Positions 6,994 to 15,789 are shown, numbered from the stretch's first letter. The stretch is DNA of 18,169 bases from Bdellovibrionota bacterium FG-1 (GCA_051382295.1 JBBCAW010000065.1:1-18169), one strand, 5' to 3'. A program made the numbers and translations. Notes: generated by a model not told the origin, from the sequence alone.

Positions 6994-7128
6994 ACTTCTT
7001 GATTTTTAACGCCTCGCGTAACCCATTGAATTCTCAGTCCCTTCTATGACAGGATTAAGGGGATCTTCTGGCAAACCCTTCAACCCCCTGTTTAAGCTTT
7101 AGACAGTGTACCGGACCTTGGACACAAT

Positions 7129-10044
7129 ATGACGAACCGTCCGATCCGCCTCATTCACGTACGGCAAAACAACCTCAAGAACATCACCGTTGAATTTCCG
7201 TCCAAAAAACTTTCCGTCGTCACCGGCCTCTCGGGAAGCGGCAAGAGTTCTCTCGTCTTCGACACCCTCTATGCCGAAGGTCAGCGCCGTTACGTCGAAA
7301 GCCTTTCGACCTACACCCGTCAGTTCTTAGAAAAAATGCCCAAGCCCGACCTCGATGGCATCCAAAACATTCCCCCCGCCATTGCTTTGGAGCAAAAAAA
7401 CCACGTCGTCAATTCTCGAAGTACCGTCGGCACCCAAACCGAGGTCGTCGATTACCTCCGTATCCTTTTCGCAAAAGTAGGCCGTACCTTTTGCATCGAC
7501 TGCGGGCACCCCGTTCGAAAGTTGGATTCGCAATCCATTTTAGACTGGGCGGTCCAGTGGCTGCCCGCGCGCAAAGCCTTCATTACCGCTCCGATCGGCG
7601 GAACCGCCTCCTCACCTGCTCCCGCCAAAAAAACAAAGGCCAAAGGTAAAAAAACCACCCAGAAAGCCTCCCCTCAAGTGGAATCCCTTTTTCAGGTTCT
7701 CAAGGAACAGGGGTTCAAACGCGTCCTTTGGCGAAAATCCGGCAAAACCGCCGCCGCGCGCGCGGGTGAAGTCCTCGATCTCGAAGAGTTTGGTTCGCCC
7801 GACTTTCCCAAGATCAAACCCGAAGCCATTGCCGCGGGCGAGTTTTTCGTCGTAGTCGATCGCCTCCGAATCACGGAGACCCCGGATCGCGATACCCGAG
7901 GCCGCCTGCATGATTCGATCGAACAAGCGCTGCAAATCGGCCAGGGCCGCGTCGGCTTCTTCGACATGGACTCCCACGAATGGAAAGCCTTCGAAACTCG
8001 TTTCACTTGCGAACATTGCGGCAAAGACCACAGTCTTCCCGAACCTCATTTATTTTCTTTCAATAGCCCTTTAGGCGCCTGCTCTCATTGCAGCGGCTTT
8101 GGCTTCACCCTCGATCTGGACGAAGCCTTGATCGTTCCAGACCCCTCCAAAACCCTCAAAAATGGCGCCATCGATCCCTTTTCAAAACCCTCCCTTTCCG
8201 ATTGGCAACGTGATCTTTTTCGTTTTGCCGAGCGACAGGGGATCTCTATCGGAAAACGCTATCGGGAACTCACCCCCGCCGAACGAAAACTCCTTTGGGA
8301 GGGAAGTCCGACCGACGACTCTTTTCCCGGAATTATTGCGTGTTTTGAAGAACTTAAACGCTATAAATACAAAATTCATATCCGAGTTTTCATCCGCCGC
8401 TATCAAAGCCAATCCCTTTGCTCCGTTTGCAAAGGCGCCCGCCTCAAACCCGAAGCCTTAGCCGTTAAAATCGGCGATCGAAATATTACCCAAGTATTAG
8501 ATACTGCCATCTGCGACACCATCCCCTGGTTCCAGTCCCTCACTTTTTCGGCCGAAGAGCGAAAAATCGCCCACGAAGTTTTTTCGCAAATTGACCGCCG
8601 CCTCGAATTTTTGAACGAGGTCGGCGTGGGCTACCTGACCCTGTCCCGCTTAGCCAAGACGCTCTCGGGGGGTGAATTTCAGCGAATCAACCTCGCCACC
8701 CAACTGGGCAACGGCCTTTGCGGCACCCTGTATGTGCTCGACGAACCTTCGATTGGGCTTCATGCAGCCGATACCGCGCGCCTCATTCGCATTCTGCAAC
8801 GGCTGCGCGACCAAGGCAACACCGTGGTCGTGGTCGAGCACGACCTCGAAGTGATGAAAGCCGCCGATTGGCTGGTGGAACTCGGGCCCGGGGCCGGACG
8901 CCGCGGGGGCGAACTCATGGTCGAGGGTTCAGCGGAACGGCTCATGGCCGCGCCCGGATCGGTCACGGGCAAATATCTTTCAGGCGCCTTTAGCGTGGGC
9001 AGAGTGCATTCGCCCCGACCCGCGCCCAAGCGGGTTTTAAAACTCACCGGTTGTCGCGAACATAATCTTCAGGGTTTTGACGTCGAAATTCCGCTGGATC
9101 GCTTTGTGGTGGTCACCGGTGTTTCAGGATCCGGAAAATCCACTCTGGTTCATAAGACACTCTTCAACTCCCTGGCCAAGCTATTTTACCATGGCACTGA
9201 ACCCGTCGGACAGTTCGATCGCCTTTACGGAGCCGAACAATTGGGCGGCGTGGTTTTGCTCGATCAAAGCTCAATTGGCAAAAACTCCCGTTCTAATCCC
9301 GCGACCTATCTCAAAGCCTGGGACGAGGTTCGCCGCATTTATGCCAATCAGGTCCTTTCGCTCCGGCGCGGTTATACCCCTCAACATTTTTCATTTAATG
9401 TGGACGGCGGCCGCTGTCCGATTTGCAAAGGCGAGGGCGAAATCACGCTCGACATGCACTTTATGGCGGAGATCAAGCTGCCGTGCGAGGAATGTGATGG
9501 CCGACGTTTCAAAAAAGCGGTGCTCGATGTCAGCTATCGTGGAAAAAATGTGTATCAGCTTCTCAACACCACCATTGACGACGCGTACGAGATCTTTCGC
9601 GATAATCCCATGATCGTGCGAAAACTTGGAATTTTAAAAGACGTAGGTTTAGGCTACCTTCATGTGGGTCAAAGCGGCAACACGCTTTCCGGCGGTGAAT
9701 CCCAACGACTCAAAATTGCGGCCGCCTTGGACGACCGCTATGCCGAGAACCTTTTATATATTTTTGATGAACCCACGACGGGACTTCATCTCGAGGACGT
9801 TAAAAAACTCCTAGGCGTCATCCAAGATCTGGTGGACTCCAAACACAGCGTGGTGATGATCGAGCACCACATGGACGTGATTGCCCAGGCGGACTGGGTC
9901 ATCGACCTAGGCCCGGGCGGCGGTGCCAATGGCGGAGCCCTGGTGGCGTGTGGCTCTCCCGATCAACTCATTCAAGATGAAAACTCGATCACCGGCAGGA
10001 TGTTGCAGGCGCAAGGGTACCCCAAACACCAGCCCAGACAGTGA
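7129..10044 (+). CDS. uvrA: Excinuclease ABC subunit A (UvrA family, probably a non-canonical paralog)
   Basis: Two Walker A motifs (GLSGSGKS, GVSGSGKS), two LSGGE signatures, Walker B motifs YVLDEP and YIFDEP, YAEGQRRYVESLS, LFSFNSPLGAC, and several CxxC zinc ligands. Confidence 0.97.
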   Translation: MTNRPIRLIHVRQNNLKNITVEFPSKKLSVVTGLSGSGKSSLVFDTLYAEGQRRYVESLSTYTRQFLEKMPKPDLDGIQNIPPAIALEQKNHVVNSRSTVGTQTEVVDYLRILFAKVGRTFCIDCGHPVRKLDSQSILDWAVQWLPARKAFITAPIGGTASSPAPAKKTKAKGKKTTQKASPQVESLFQVLKEQGFKRVLWRKSGKTAAARAGEVLDLEEFGSPDFPKIKPEAIAAGEFFVVVDRLRITETPDRDTRGRLHDSIEQALQIGQGRVGFFDMDSHEWKAFETRFTCEHCGKDHSLPEPHLFSFNSPLGACSHCSGFGFTLDLDEALIVPDPSKTLKNGAIDPFSKPSLSDWQRDLFRFAERQGISIGKRYRELTPAERKLLWEGSPTDDSFPGIIACFEELKRYKYKIHIRVFIRRYQSQSLCSVCKGARLKPEALAVKIGDRNITQVLDTAICDTIPWFQSLTFSAEERKIAHEVFSQIDRRLEFLNEVGVGYLTLSRLAKTLSGGEFQRINLATQLGNGLCGTLYVLDEPSIGLHAADTARLIRILQRLRDQGNTVVVVEHDLEVMKAADWLVELGPGAGRRGGELMVEGSAERLMAAPGSVTGKYLSGAFSVGRVHSPRPAPKRVLKLTGCREHNLQGFDVEIPLDRFVVVTGVSGSGKSTLVHKTLFNSLAKLFYHGTEPVGQFDRLYGAEQLGGVVLLDQSSIGKNSRSNPATYLKAWDEVRRIYANQVLSLRRGYTPQHFSFNVDGGRCPICKGEGEITLDMHFMAEIKLPCEECDGRRFKKAVLDVSYRGKNVYQLLNTTIDDAYEIFRDNPMIVRKLGILKDVGLGYLHVGQSGNTLSGGESQRLKIAAALDDRYAENLLYIFDEPTTGLHLEDVKKLLGVIQDLVDSKHSVVMIEHHMDVIAQADWVIDLGPGGGANGGALVACGSPDQLIQDENSITGRMLQAQGYPKHQPRQ

Positions 10045-10046
10045 CG

Positions 10047-10571
10047 TTATTTCAAATCTTGGTCGTTTTCACTCCAGGGAATCGTCGAGGCTTCAATAAT
10101 GGGATCCAACACGATTAACCCATGAGCAACGCCCGACGAATCTAACCTGATCCAACTTTCCGCACGAGCCGCAAGCTTAACCTTGATGCCATCATATGGC
10201 TTCCAAGCCCCCAACTTTCCTTCAATAGGGTAAAGAGCGGCTGCCCGATGATTCTGGTTCGTCAGCCAAGGATGAGCCTTCAAATCGACCTGAAGATAGG
10301 CTTGCGCTTGCGCGGAGTTCCCCCTCCAGTTCGGCAAGATTCGGACGGTTCCCAATAAAAGATACAACTCGCTATCGGCGAGCTCAACGCGCTGATTATA
10401 AACCGAGAGAGGATCGGGCATACCGCCGCCTTCACCGCCCCCTCGAGCCCGTTCCAGTTGGCCCGGACAGGCCGGAACGGGCGCCTGATAATCCTTTGAA
10501 GCGAGAGCCGCAGTCTGCCCAAACCCTCCTAGCAAACACCCCACCCACAAAATCACCCTACGCAATTTCAT
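10047..10571 (-). CDS. Secreted hypothetical protein (174 aa)
   Basis: ATG at 10571 with AAGGTGGGG RBS. Signal peptide MKLRRVILWVGCLLGGFGQTAALA. Starts 15 nt after the regulator stop, so probably co-transcribed. Confidence 0.7.
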   Translation of the reverse strand: MKLRRVILWVGCLLGGFGQTAALASKDYQAPVPACPGQLERARGGGEGGGMPDPLSVYNQRVELADSELYLLLGTVRILPNWRGNSAQAQAYLQVDLKAHPWLTNQNHRAAALYPIEGKLGAWKPYDGIKVKLAARAESWIRLDSSGVAHGLIVLDPIIEASTIPWSENDQDLK

Positions 10572-10586
10572 ACCATTCCCCACCTT

Positions 10587-11765
10587 TTACGACTGTTTCT
10601 GCTTGGCCCCATGCGAGCCCCCCCCCACAAACTGGACTTTAAGCCCAGGCGCTAATCGATAGCCCTCTTTCCAATTCAAGAGGTATTGCGGCTTTCGAAC
10701 ATCAGGCTCGAGAAGTTTGCGGAGCCGGTTGATATTGTAATAAAGTTTATTGTCGTGCGCTTCGGGCCGATAGGATTCTTTCCATACTTTTTCGATGATT
10801 TCAGCCTTGGACAGCCCCCGCTCTGAATCATCTCCGGCGCGGTCATGAGCCTTAGAAAGCACTTCAAGAATATGTAAAAGCACATGCTGCTTGCCCAATG
10901 AAACAGAACCGGCTTCGCGGGTTTTAATCAAGGCCTGCCGGGAATCGATCATCAAATCCACCGCGTCCTGCTCCAGACGACCTCGCTCAGTCAGGATCTC
11001 TTTCTTCATCATGCCAAAACCGGGCCCCGAGACTGCTTTATCCAGCAAATCCAAATACCAGTACGCTTGCGCATAATCTTTCTGCTGCCGATACACGCGC
11101 GCGTATCCGTAGAGGGCATAAAGGTGATAATACCAATGATGTTCACCCAAGAAACTGCCGTGCGCCTTTTGATACCACTCCAGCGCGCCTTCAAAATCCC
11201 GCTGCTTCTCACATACATTTCCGACCACCATGGCAGCCAGACCATTAATGCCCCGAAGATTTTGATCGCCGAAACGACGCAGTACGCCCTCAGCTAGGCC
11301 TCGAGCGCGCAAATAACGACCCCGCTGCCAAAGAAGGGTGGCCAACATCACCCAACCCTTAGCCTCCGCCTCCGGGGGCTGATCCGCGGGATGCGCACGT
11401 ACAACGCACAAATAGTGATGAACGTACCGTTGCGCGAGCAACAACTGACCCGCGCGCCGAGCAACAACGCCCTTACAGTACCAGGCCATAGGCGGCACAT
11501 GTTTGAGATGCGCAGCCATGAGCTGCTCCAGCTCCTGATCGTAGGCCCGGGCGGATTCTTCGTCCAACGCATCCGCGGCAAGACGCAGGAGCCCCGAAAG
11601 CGCTTCCATGACGAGACGCAAATCGCCGAGCTTCTTTGCGCTTTGCAGCGCTAGCCTAAATGCAACCTGAGCCTCTGCTAACTCACACTTCTCATATCGA
11701 AGTTGAGCAAGCTGCAGCCAATTGCGAATTTTTTTTGTCGCTTGCGACGTTTTGGTATGCCTCAT
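10587..11765 (-). CDS. TPR-repeat transcriptional regulator with C-terminal OmpR/PhoB-type winged helix (392 aa)
   Basis: TPR-like helices such as GNVCEKQRDFEGALEWYQKA. C-terminal LSKAEIIEKVWK...DNKLYYNINRLRKLLEPD...PQYLLNWKEGYRL matches Trans_reg_C. ATG at 11765 chosen because the track start at 11957 overlaps the divergent hydrolase. Confidence 0.88.
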   Translation of the reverse strand: MRHTKTSQATKKIRNWLQLAQLRYEKCELAEAQVAFRLALQSAKKLGDLRLVMEALSGLLRLAADALDEESARAYDQELEQLMAAHLKHVPPMAWYCKGVVARRAGQLLLAQRYVHHYLCVVRAHPADQPPEAEAKGWVMLATLLWQRGRYLRARGLAEGVLRRFGDQNLRGINGLAAMVVGNVCEKQRDFEGALEWYQKAHGSFLGEHHWYYHLYALYGYARVYRQQKDYAQAYWYLDLLDKAVSGPGFGMMKKEILTERGRLEQDAVDLMIDSRQALIKTREAGSVSLGKQHVLLHILEVLSKAHDRAGDDSERGLSKAEIIEKVWKESYRPEAHDNKLYYNINRLRKLLEPDVRKPQYLLNWKEGYRLAPGLKVQFVGGGSHGAKQKQS

Positions 11766-11839
11766 ATTTTGCCGGAGCGATGGTATGCTATTACAGCGGG
11801 CAGCAGAGTCAAGCCCGCGCGATAAAAAGAGGAGCGCAA

Positions 11840-12715
11840 ATGGAACTTTCATTTTTAACGTGGCCTGCCACTCCACCCAAAACTCCCTCGCAGCCACGGA
11901 TCGCACTCCTTCATGGAATGGGAGGAACCGCTGCTCTTTGGAGACCGGTTGCCGCAAGCCTTGAGAATCATTACTCCCTCATGGCTTTTGACCAACGTGG
12001 TCATGGGAAGAGTCGAATCGCTCAACCTGCCGGAGGCCGTGAATCCTCCTCGGGAGGGTACACTCCCTTGGATTTTGGGCAGGACGTCATTGAAACCCTT
12101 GCTGCGCAAAATATTCACCCCACCTGGCTGATCGGCCATTCCATGGGGGTCCGGACGGCTTGCGCGGCGGCCCACCTCAAGCCCGAATGGATTCAAGGCT
12201 TGATTCTGGTTGATCTGGGCTTTTCGGGCCCCGTGGGCGGCGGACTGGGAGAACCCCTCGCGCAGTTTGTGCGCAAGCTCCCCGTGAGTTTTGAATCCCG
12301 CGAAGAAGCTCGCCAATTTATGAATGAGCATTGCCCTGATCGCTCAATTGCGCAGTATTTAATGGCGGTATCCGTGCGAGATGGTGACGGAAGACTGTCG
12401 TTTCCCTTTGACCACGGCGCCTTGATCGAAACCATTCAAGGAGCTAAAGATGTGTCGGTCCGAAGCTGGGTTCGCGAACTGGGCGCTCGCGGAATGCCCA
12501 TCTTGATGATCAGAGGCGCGGAAAGCCAAGTCTGGACGCGCGCGGAATTTGAGGAAGAAAAGCGGCTGTTAGCGGATCTTCCCTCGATTACGTTTCTGGA
12601 AATCGAAGGCGCGGGACATGGTTTACCGTTTGAGCAGAGGCTACGGTTTGTGGCAGAGGTGGAAGGATTTATTGGCAAGAACTCGGCGCCCAAACATTAT
12701 CCTTGTAAAGGATAA
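11840..12715 (+). CDS. Alpha/beta hydrolase (YbfF-like esterase fold, 291 aa)
   Basis: LLHGMGG, DQRGHGKS, nucleophile elbow GHSMG and catalytic His in GAGHG. AGAGGAG RBS before ATG at 11840; the track start at 11660 is too long. Confidence 0.92.
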   Translation: MELSFLTWPATPPKTPSQPRIALLHGMGGTAALWRPVAASLENHYSLMAFDQRGHGKSRIAQPAGGRESSSGGYTPLDFGQDVIETLAAQNIHPTWLIGHSMGVRTACAAAHLKPEWIQGLILVDLGFSGPVGGGLGEPLAQFVRKLPVSFESREEARQFMNEHCPDRSIAQYLMAVSVRDGDGRLSFPFDHGALIETIQGAKDVSVRSWVRELGARGMPILMIRGAESQVWTRAEFEEEKRLLADLPSITFLEIEGAGHGLPFEQRLRFVAEVEGFIGKNSAPKHYPCKG

Positions 12716-12747
12716 TCCTTGCGGGGGATAATCCTTGTAAAGGATAA
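12697..12747. promoter_or_regulatory. Triple palindromic operator array with embedded promoter and RBS of the ATPase gene
   Basis: ATCCTTgtaAAGGAT (12699-12713), A, ATCCTTgcgGGGGAT (12715-12729), A, ATCCTTgtaAAGGAT (12731-12745). Contains TTGTAA-N18-GATAAT (12703-12732) and AAGGA RBS. Confidence 0.8.
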
Positions 12748-12749
12748 CC

Positions 12750-14066
12750 ATGAAACCAACGACCGATCTTATTAATCGCAAAAATGAGATAAAAACGCTC
12801 TCTCAGCGTCTTCTAAGCGATCAACTCGTCATAGTCACCGGGCGTCGTCGGGTGGGAAAAAGCCGCCTTCTCACCCATTGGCTTGAAAAAAACCGCGGCT
12901 ATTACTCGCAAGCGATTGAAGGACCTGTTTCGGTGCAGATCGAACAGCTTTACCTCGACCTCAAACCCCTCTTTCAACGGTCTGCTTTGACGCCAAAAAC
13001 CTGGTCGGAATTTTTTGAACTCTTGGGAATGCTCAACAAAAATACCCCACAGCAAATCATCCTCTGTATCGATGAGATGCCCTACCTTTTCAAGATGGAC
13101 CCGAGTTTGCCCAGTATTCTCCAAAAATTTATTGACCACCAGCTCCCCCCTAAAATGCTCCTCATCCTCTGCGGTTCAGGTCAGCAAGCGATGCACCGCT
13201 ACTTTTCAGAAAATCAAGCCCCCCTCTATGGTCGTGCAGATTGGACCCTCAAAGTTCAACCCATGGGCTATCTTGATTTTTGCGAATACGCGAAGTTAGA
13301 TTCGTCGCTACTGAAAAATTTCAGCCTGTTTAGCCTAGGAGGCGGGCTGCCAAAATATTGGAAACTTCTTTTGCCTTACGCACACACCGAGGAAGCCGCA
13401 GTAACAGCCGCGGATGAGTTATTTTTTTCAGACTCAAGCCCCTTAGAAGACGAACCATGGAGAGTGTTACGTGATGAAAATATCGAGGGAGTTTCTCTTC
13501 AACAACTCCTTGAAGTGATTGGTCGAGGAGCCCATAGACCCTCCGAAATGGCCGCTCGACTCGAAGCAAAACAAACAACACTTTCTAAGTCCTTAGCGCT
13601 CCTTTTGGACCTTCAACTCATTCAAAGGGAGATTCCTTTTGGGGCCGACGCCAAAAACTCCAAAAAAGCACTCTATCAAATCCAAGACCCACTTCTTCGC
13701 TTTTGGTTTTCAACTTTTTCACCTCATCGAACCCGCTGGCGCACCTATACGCCTACCCAAAAGAAAGAACTCATTCATCTTCATGCTTCTAAAATTTTTG
13801 AAAAGGAAGTTCGAGCCCATTTAGGGCAAGCGGAGCGGTACTGGAATTCAGAAGTCGAGATCGATGGCCTTGCGCACACCACCCCTTCCACCACTCAAGC
13901 ATTTGAAGTGAAGTTTCGAGCACTCACGGCACGGGAGAAGGCTGAACATCTTGCAAAATTACGCTCAAAAATTCTTCTCACTCCTTTTGCCCAATCGGAA
14001 TGTCAGGTGATTGGGTGGAATGAATTTTGCGCCATGTCAATCTCGACACATTCCCAAACCCCCTAA
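12750..14066 (+). CDS. AAA+ ATPase (ATPase_2/archaeal-type) with wHTH, DUF234-like region and C-terminal PD-(D/E)xK nuclease-like motif
   Basis: Walker A GRRRVGKS, Walker B ILCIDE, LILCGS, APLYGR and GGLPKY. wHTH RPSEMAARLEAKQTTLSKSLALLLDLQLIQRE, YQIQDPLLRFWF, and EIDGL...AFEVKF. Confidence 0.88.
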   Translation: MKPTTDLINRKNEIKTLSQRLLSDQLVIVTGRRRVGKSRLLTHWLEKNRGYYSQAIEGPVSVQIEQLYLDLKPLFQRSALTPKTWSEFFELLGMLNKNTPQQIILCIDEMPYLFKMDPSLPSILQKFIDHQLPPKMLLILCGSGQQAMHRYFSENQAPLYGRADWTLKVQPMGYLDFCEYAKLDSSLLKNFSLFSLGGGLPKYWKLLLPYAHTEEAAVTAADELFFSDSSPLEDEPWRVLRDENIEGVSLQQLLEVIGRGAHRPSEMAARLEAKQTTLSKSLALLLDLQLIQREIPFGADAKNSKKALYQIQDPLLRFWFSTFSPHRTRWRTYTPTQKKELIHLHASKIFEKEVRAHLGQAERYWNSEVEIDGLAHTTPSTTQAFEVKFRALTAREKAEHLAKLRSKILLTPFAQSECQVIGWNEFCAMSISTHSQTP

Positions 14067-14111
14067 AACCCTCCATAATAAAAAGGTCTCACCCGTTCTC
14101 CGGAGGCCCAC
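14035..14111 (+). promoter_or_regulatory. Upstream region shared with the next lipoprotein gene (homolog at 15713-15789)
   Basis: TGTC-N6-GACA, CGACACATTCC 68 nt before ATG, -10-like CATAAT (14074-14079), GGAGG RBS. Confidence 0.6.
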
Positions 14112-15695
14112 ATGCGCTTGGTGATGATCGCTTCCTTGTTGATGCTTGTCGGATGTAAAGTCTCCTTGATCGGATCGGTAGACTCGCTTGCGGTCTCCGC
14201 GCTCAGCACCAGCCCTGCGGACACTGCGACGCCCAACAAGTTTGCCGTGACCGTCACCACTGCAAGTTTTAATACCCTCACCTGCGGCGGTCCTTTTACC
14301 GTCACGTCACAGGACTCGACCGGCACGCCGGTCAACGCGACTTCAACGGTCACCGTAGATCTCAGCCAAACCGATGGCGCTCACGGGGTTTTCTACAGTG
14401 ATGTCAATTGCCACAGCACGACGACAACCGCCACCCTTACAGAAGGAACCAGCACGGGCACTTTCTATTACAAAGACGCTACTGAGAGTGAGACGCCCAC
14501 CCTGACGGCCACCGACCACGCGGGGGTATTCACTGCGGGAACAGTGACAGTGTCGATCCATGCGCCCATTTTTAAGACCTATGTGTATACCGCCAACTAT
14601 GGAGACTCGGCGGAGATCGCCGCATTTTCAATGAACACCACGACCGGGGCCCTCACCACGGTCTCAGACTCGAGTAACAATCCCAAATCAAAACTCGGCG
14701 TCACCACCTATAACACCGGCAACAGCCCTTGGGGCGTGGTTGCGGATCCGAGCAGTAAATATCTTTACGTTGCTAATGAAGTTCCTGGCACCCTTTCACG
14801 ATATTCCATTGACGCCGCGACGGGAGCCCTCACTCCGATCCTTCCGGACATCGATACAGGTCTCACAGGCCCCCATTATCCGGTTTTTGATCCGACCGGA
14901 CAGTTCTTATTCATCGGTGGCCGCACGAGTGAAAACATGCGCTCTTTTGTTTTCAACTCCTCCGATGGATCTTTAACCCCTACGGGTGCCCCGGTCGCAT
15001 CGGGAGCAACAGGAGGATCCCTCAATCGAATCGTCGTACACCCGACGGCAAACTTTCTTTTGATCGCACTGTCAGGCACGACCAATGGCCAAGATGGGTT
15101 CCATTCCTTCGGCTACAATGCAACTACGGGCGTGATTGATTCAGCCGAAACCGGAACCCCCTACGCAACCCCGGGAGCCTACGATATCGGCTTTAACCTC
15201 GCCGGCACCCATGTCTATGGACTAACTACTACCGGTGTTGACTCACACCTGATCGATTCAATGGATTTTAACTCGAGTAATGGCCAGCTCACGGGTGGTC
15301 TGTCAGGTATGGCGATGACCTACATGTATCAATTGGTCACTCACCCCCTCTTCGACTGGCTCTATTTTTCGATCTCTGGTGCCGGTGGCGGCGGTGGGAG
15401 CAACGCCATTCAAGCGAGTCAGATGCTCGGCAACGGAGCTCAAACGCTCACGACATCTGCACACATGCTAAACTATAACTTGACCCCCGGCGCGTATCAA
15501 ATGGCGATCGATGCCGCTGGTCAATTTCTCTACATTGTTGATGCGAGCTATTGCAGAATCGAGGGCTTCTCGATTAATCAATCGAATGGGGCGTTAACCA
15601 GTATTGGAGATCAAACCACGGTTTCAACGGGGGCGACTTGTGATCCGATGTATGCCGGGTCAAAAAGTTTAGCGATTGTGAGAGCGGCTCAGTAA
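14112..15695 (+). CDS. Lipoprotein: one Thr-rich Ig-like domain plus lactonase-family (6-phosphogluconolactonase-like) beta-propeller
   Basis: Lipobox LVGC and GGAGG RBS. Propeller repeats YVYTANYG, DPSSKYLYVANE, YSIDAATGALT, DPTGQFLFI, DAAGQFLYIVD and FSINQSNGALT. Confidence 0.88.
   Translation: MRLVMIASLLMLVGCKVSLIGSVDSLAVSALSTSPADTATPNKFAVTVTTASFNTLTCGGPFTVTSQDSTGTPVNATSTVTVDLSQTDGAHGVFYSDVNCHSTTTTATLTEGTSTGTFYYKDATESETPTLTATDHAGVFTAGTVTVSIHAPIFKTYVYTANYGDSAEIAAFSMNTTTGALTTVSDSSNNPKSKLGVTTYNTGNSPWGVVADPSSKYLYVANEVPGTLSRYSIDAATGALTPILPDIDTGLTGPHYPVFDPTGQFLFIGGRTSENMRSFVFNSSDGSLTPTGAPVASGATGGSLNRIVVHPTANFLLIALSGTTNGQDGFHSFGYNATTGVIDSAETGTPYATPGAYDIGFNLAGTHVYGLTTTGVDSHLIDSMDFNSSNGQLTGGLSGMAMTYMYQLVTHPLFDWLYFSISGAGGGGGSNAIQASQMLGNGAQTLTTSAHMLNYNLTPGAYQMAIDAAGQFLYIVDASYCRIEGFSINQSNGALTSIGDQTTVSTGATCDPMYAGSKSLAIVRAAQ
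14232..14558 (+). repeat. Ig-like domain, homologous to 16693-17016
   Basis: Hand alignment gives about 80 of 109 aa identical (PxKFAVTV...TCGGPFT...GAHGVFYSD...TFYYKD...SETPTLTA.DHAG). Confidence 0.9.
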
Positions 15696-15712
15696 AACGC
15701 GGTAAAAACCCC

Positions 15713-15789
15713 GGTCACCCGCGACACATTCCGCTCCCCAAAAAACCCTGCAATACTAGAGAGGTCACATCTGCTCTCTGGAGGCCCGT
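15713..15789 (+). promoter_or_regulatory. Upstream region homologous to 14035-14111
   Basis: GGTC-N6-GACA, CGACACATTCC 68 nt before ATG, -10-like AATACT, GGAGG RBS. Confidence 0.6.

Noticed and set aside
7047..7100. c-di-GMP-I riboswitch suggested by GGCAAACC and a loose stem upstream of uvrA
   Set aside because: The downstream GAAA-loop stem and GACGCAAAGC elements are missing.
7030..7128. LexA/SOS box upstream of uvrA
   Set aside because: I found no convincing CTGT-N8-ACAG, GAAC-N4-GTTC or TTAC-N3-GTAA match by eye.
11660..11957. Long head-to-head overlap of the regulator and hydrolase implied by the ORF track
   Set aside because: Starts at 11765 (minus) and 11840 (plus, with AGAGGAG RBS) remove the overlap and leave a 74-nt promoter gap.
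12697..12747. Mini-CRISPR array or intrinsic terminator
   Set aside because: Units are 15 nt separated by a single base with no spacers, and no cas genes are present. There is no U-tract, and the array overlaps an RBS.
14575..15695. Calling the 527-aa protein a metabolic 6-phosphogluconolactonase (pgl)
   Set aside because: It is a lipoprotein with an Ig-like stalk, so only fold-level similarity is supported.
15696..15723. Terminator after the lactonase-like lipoprotein (CGCGG...CCGCG)
   Set aside because: The stem is short with a long loop and no U-tract, and it overlaps the next gene's upstream motif.
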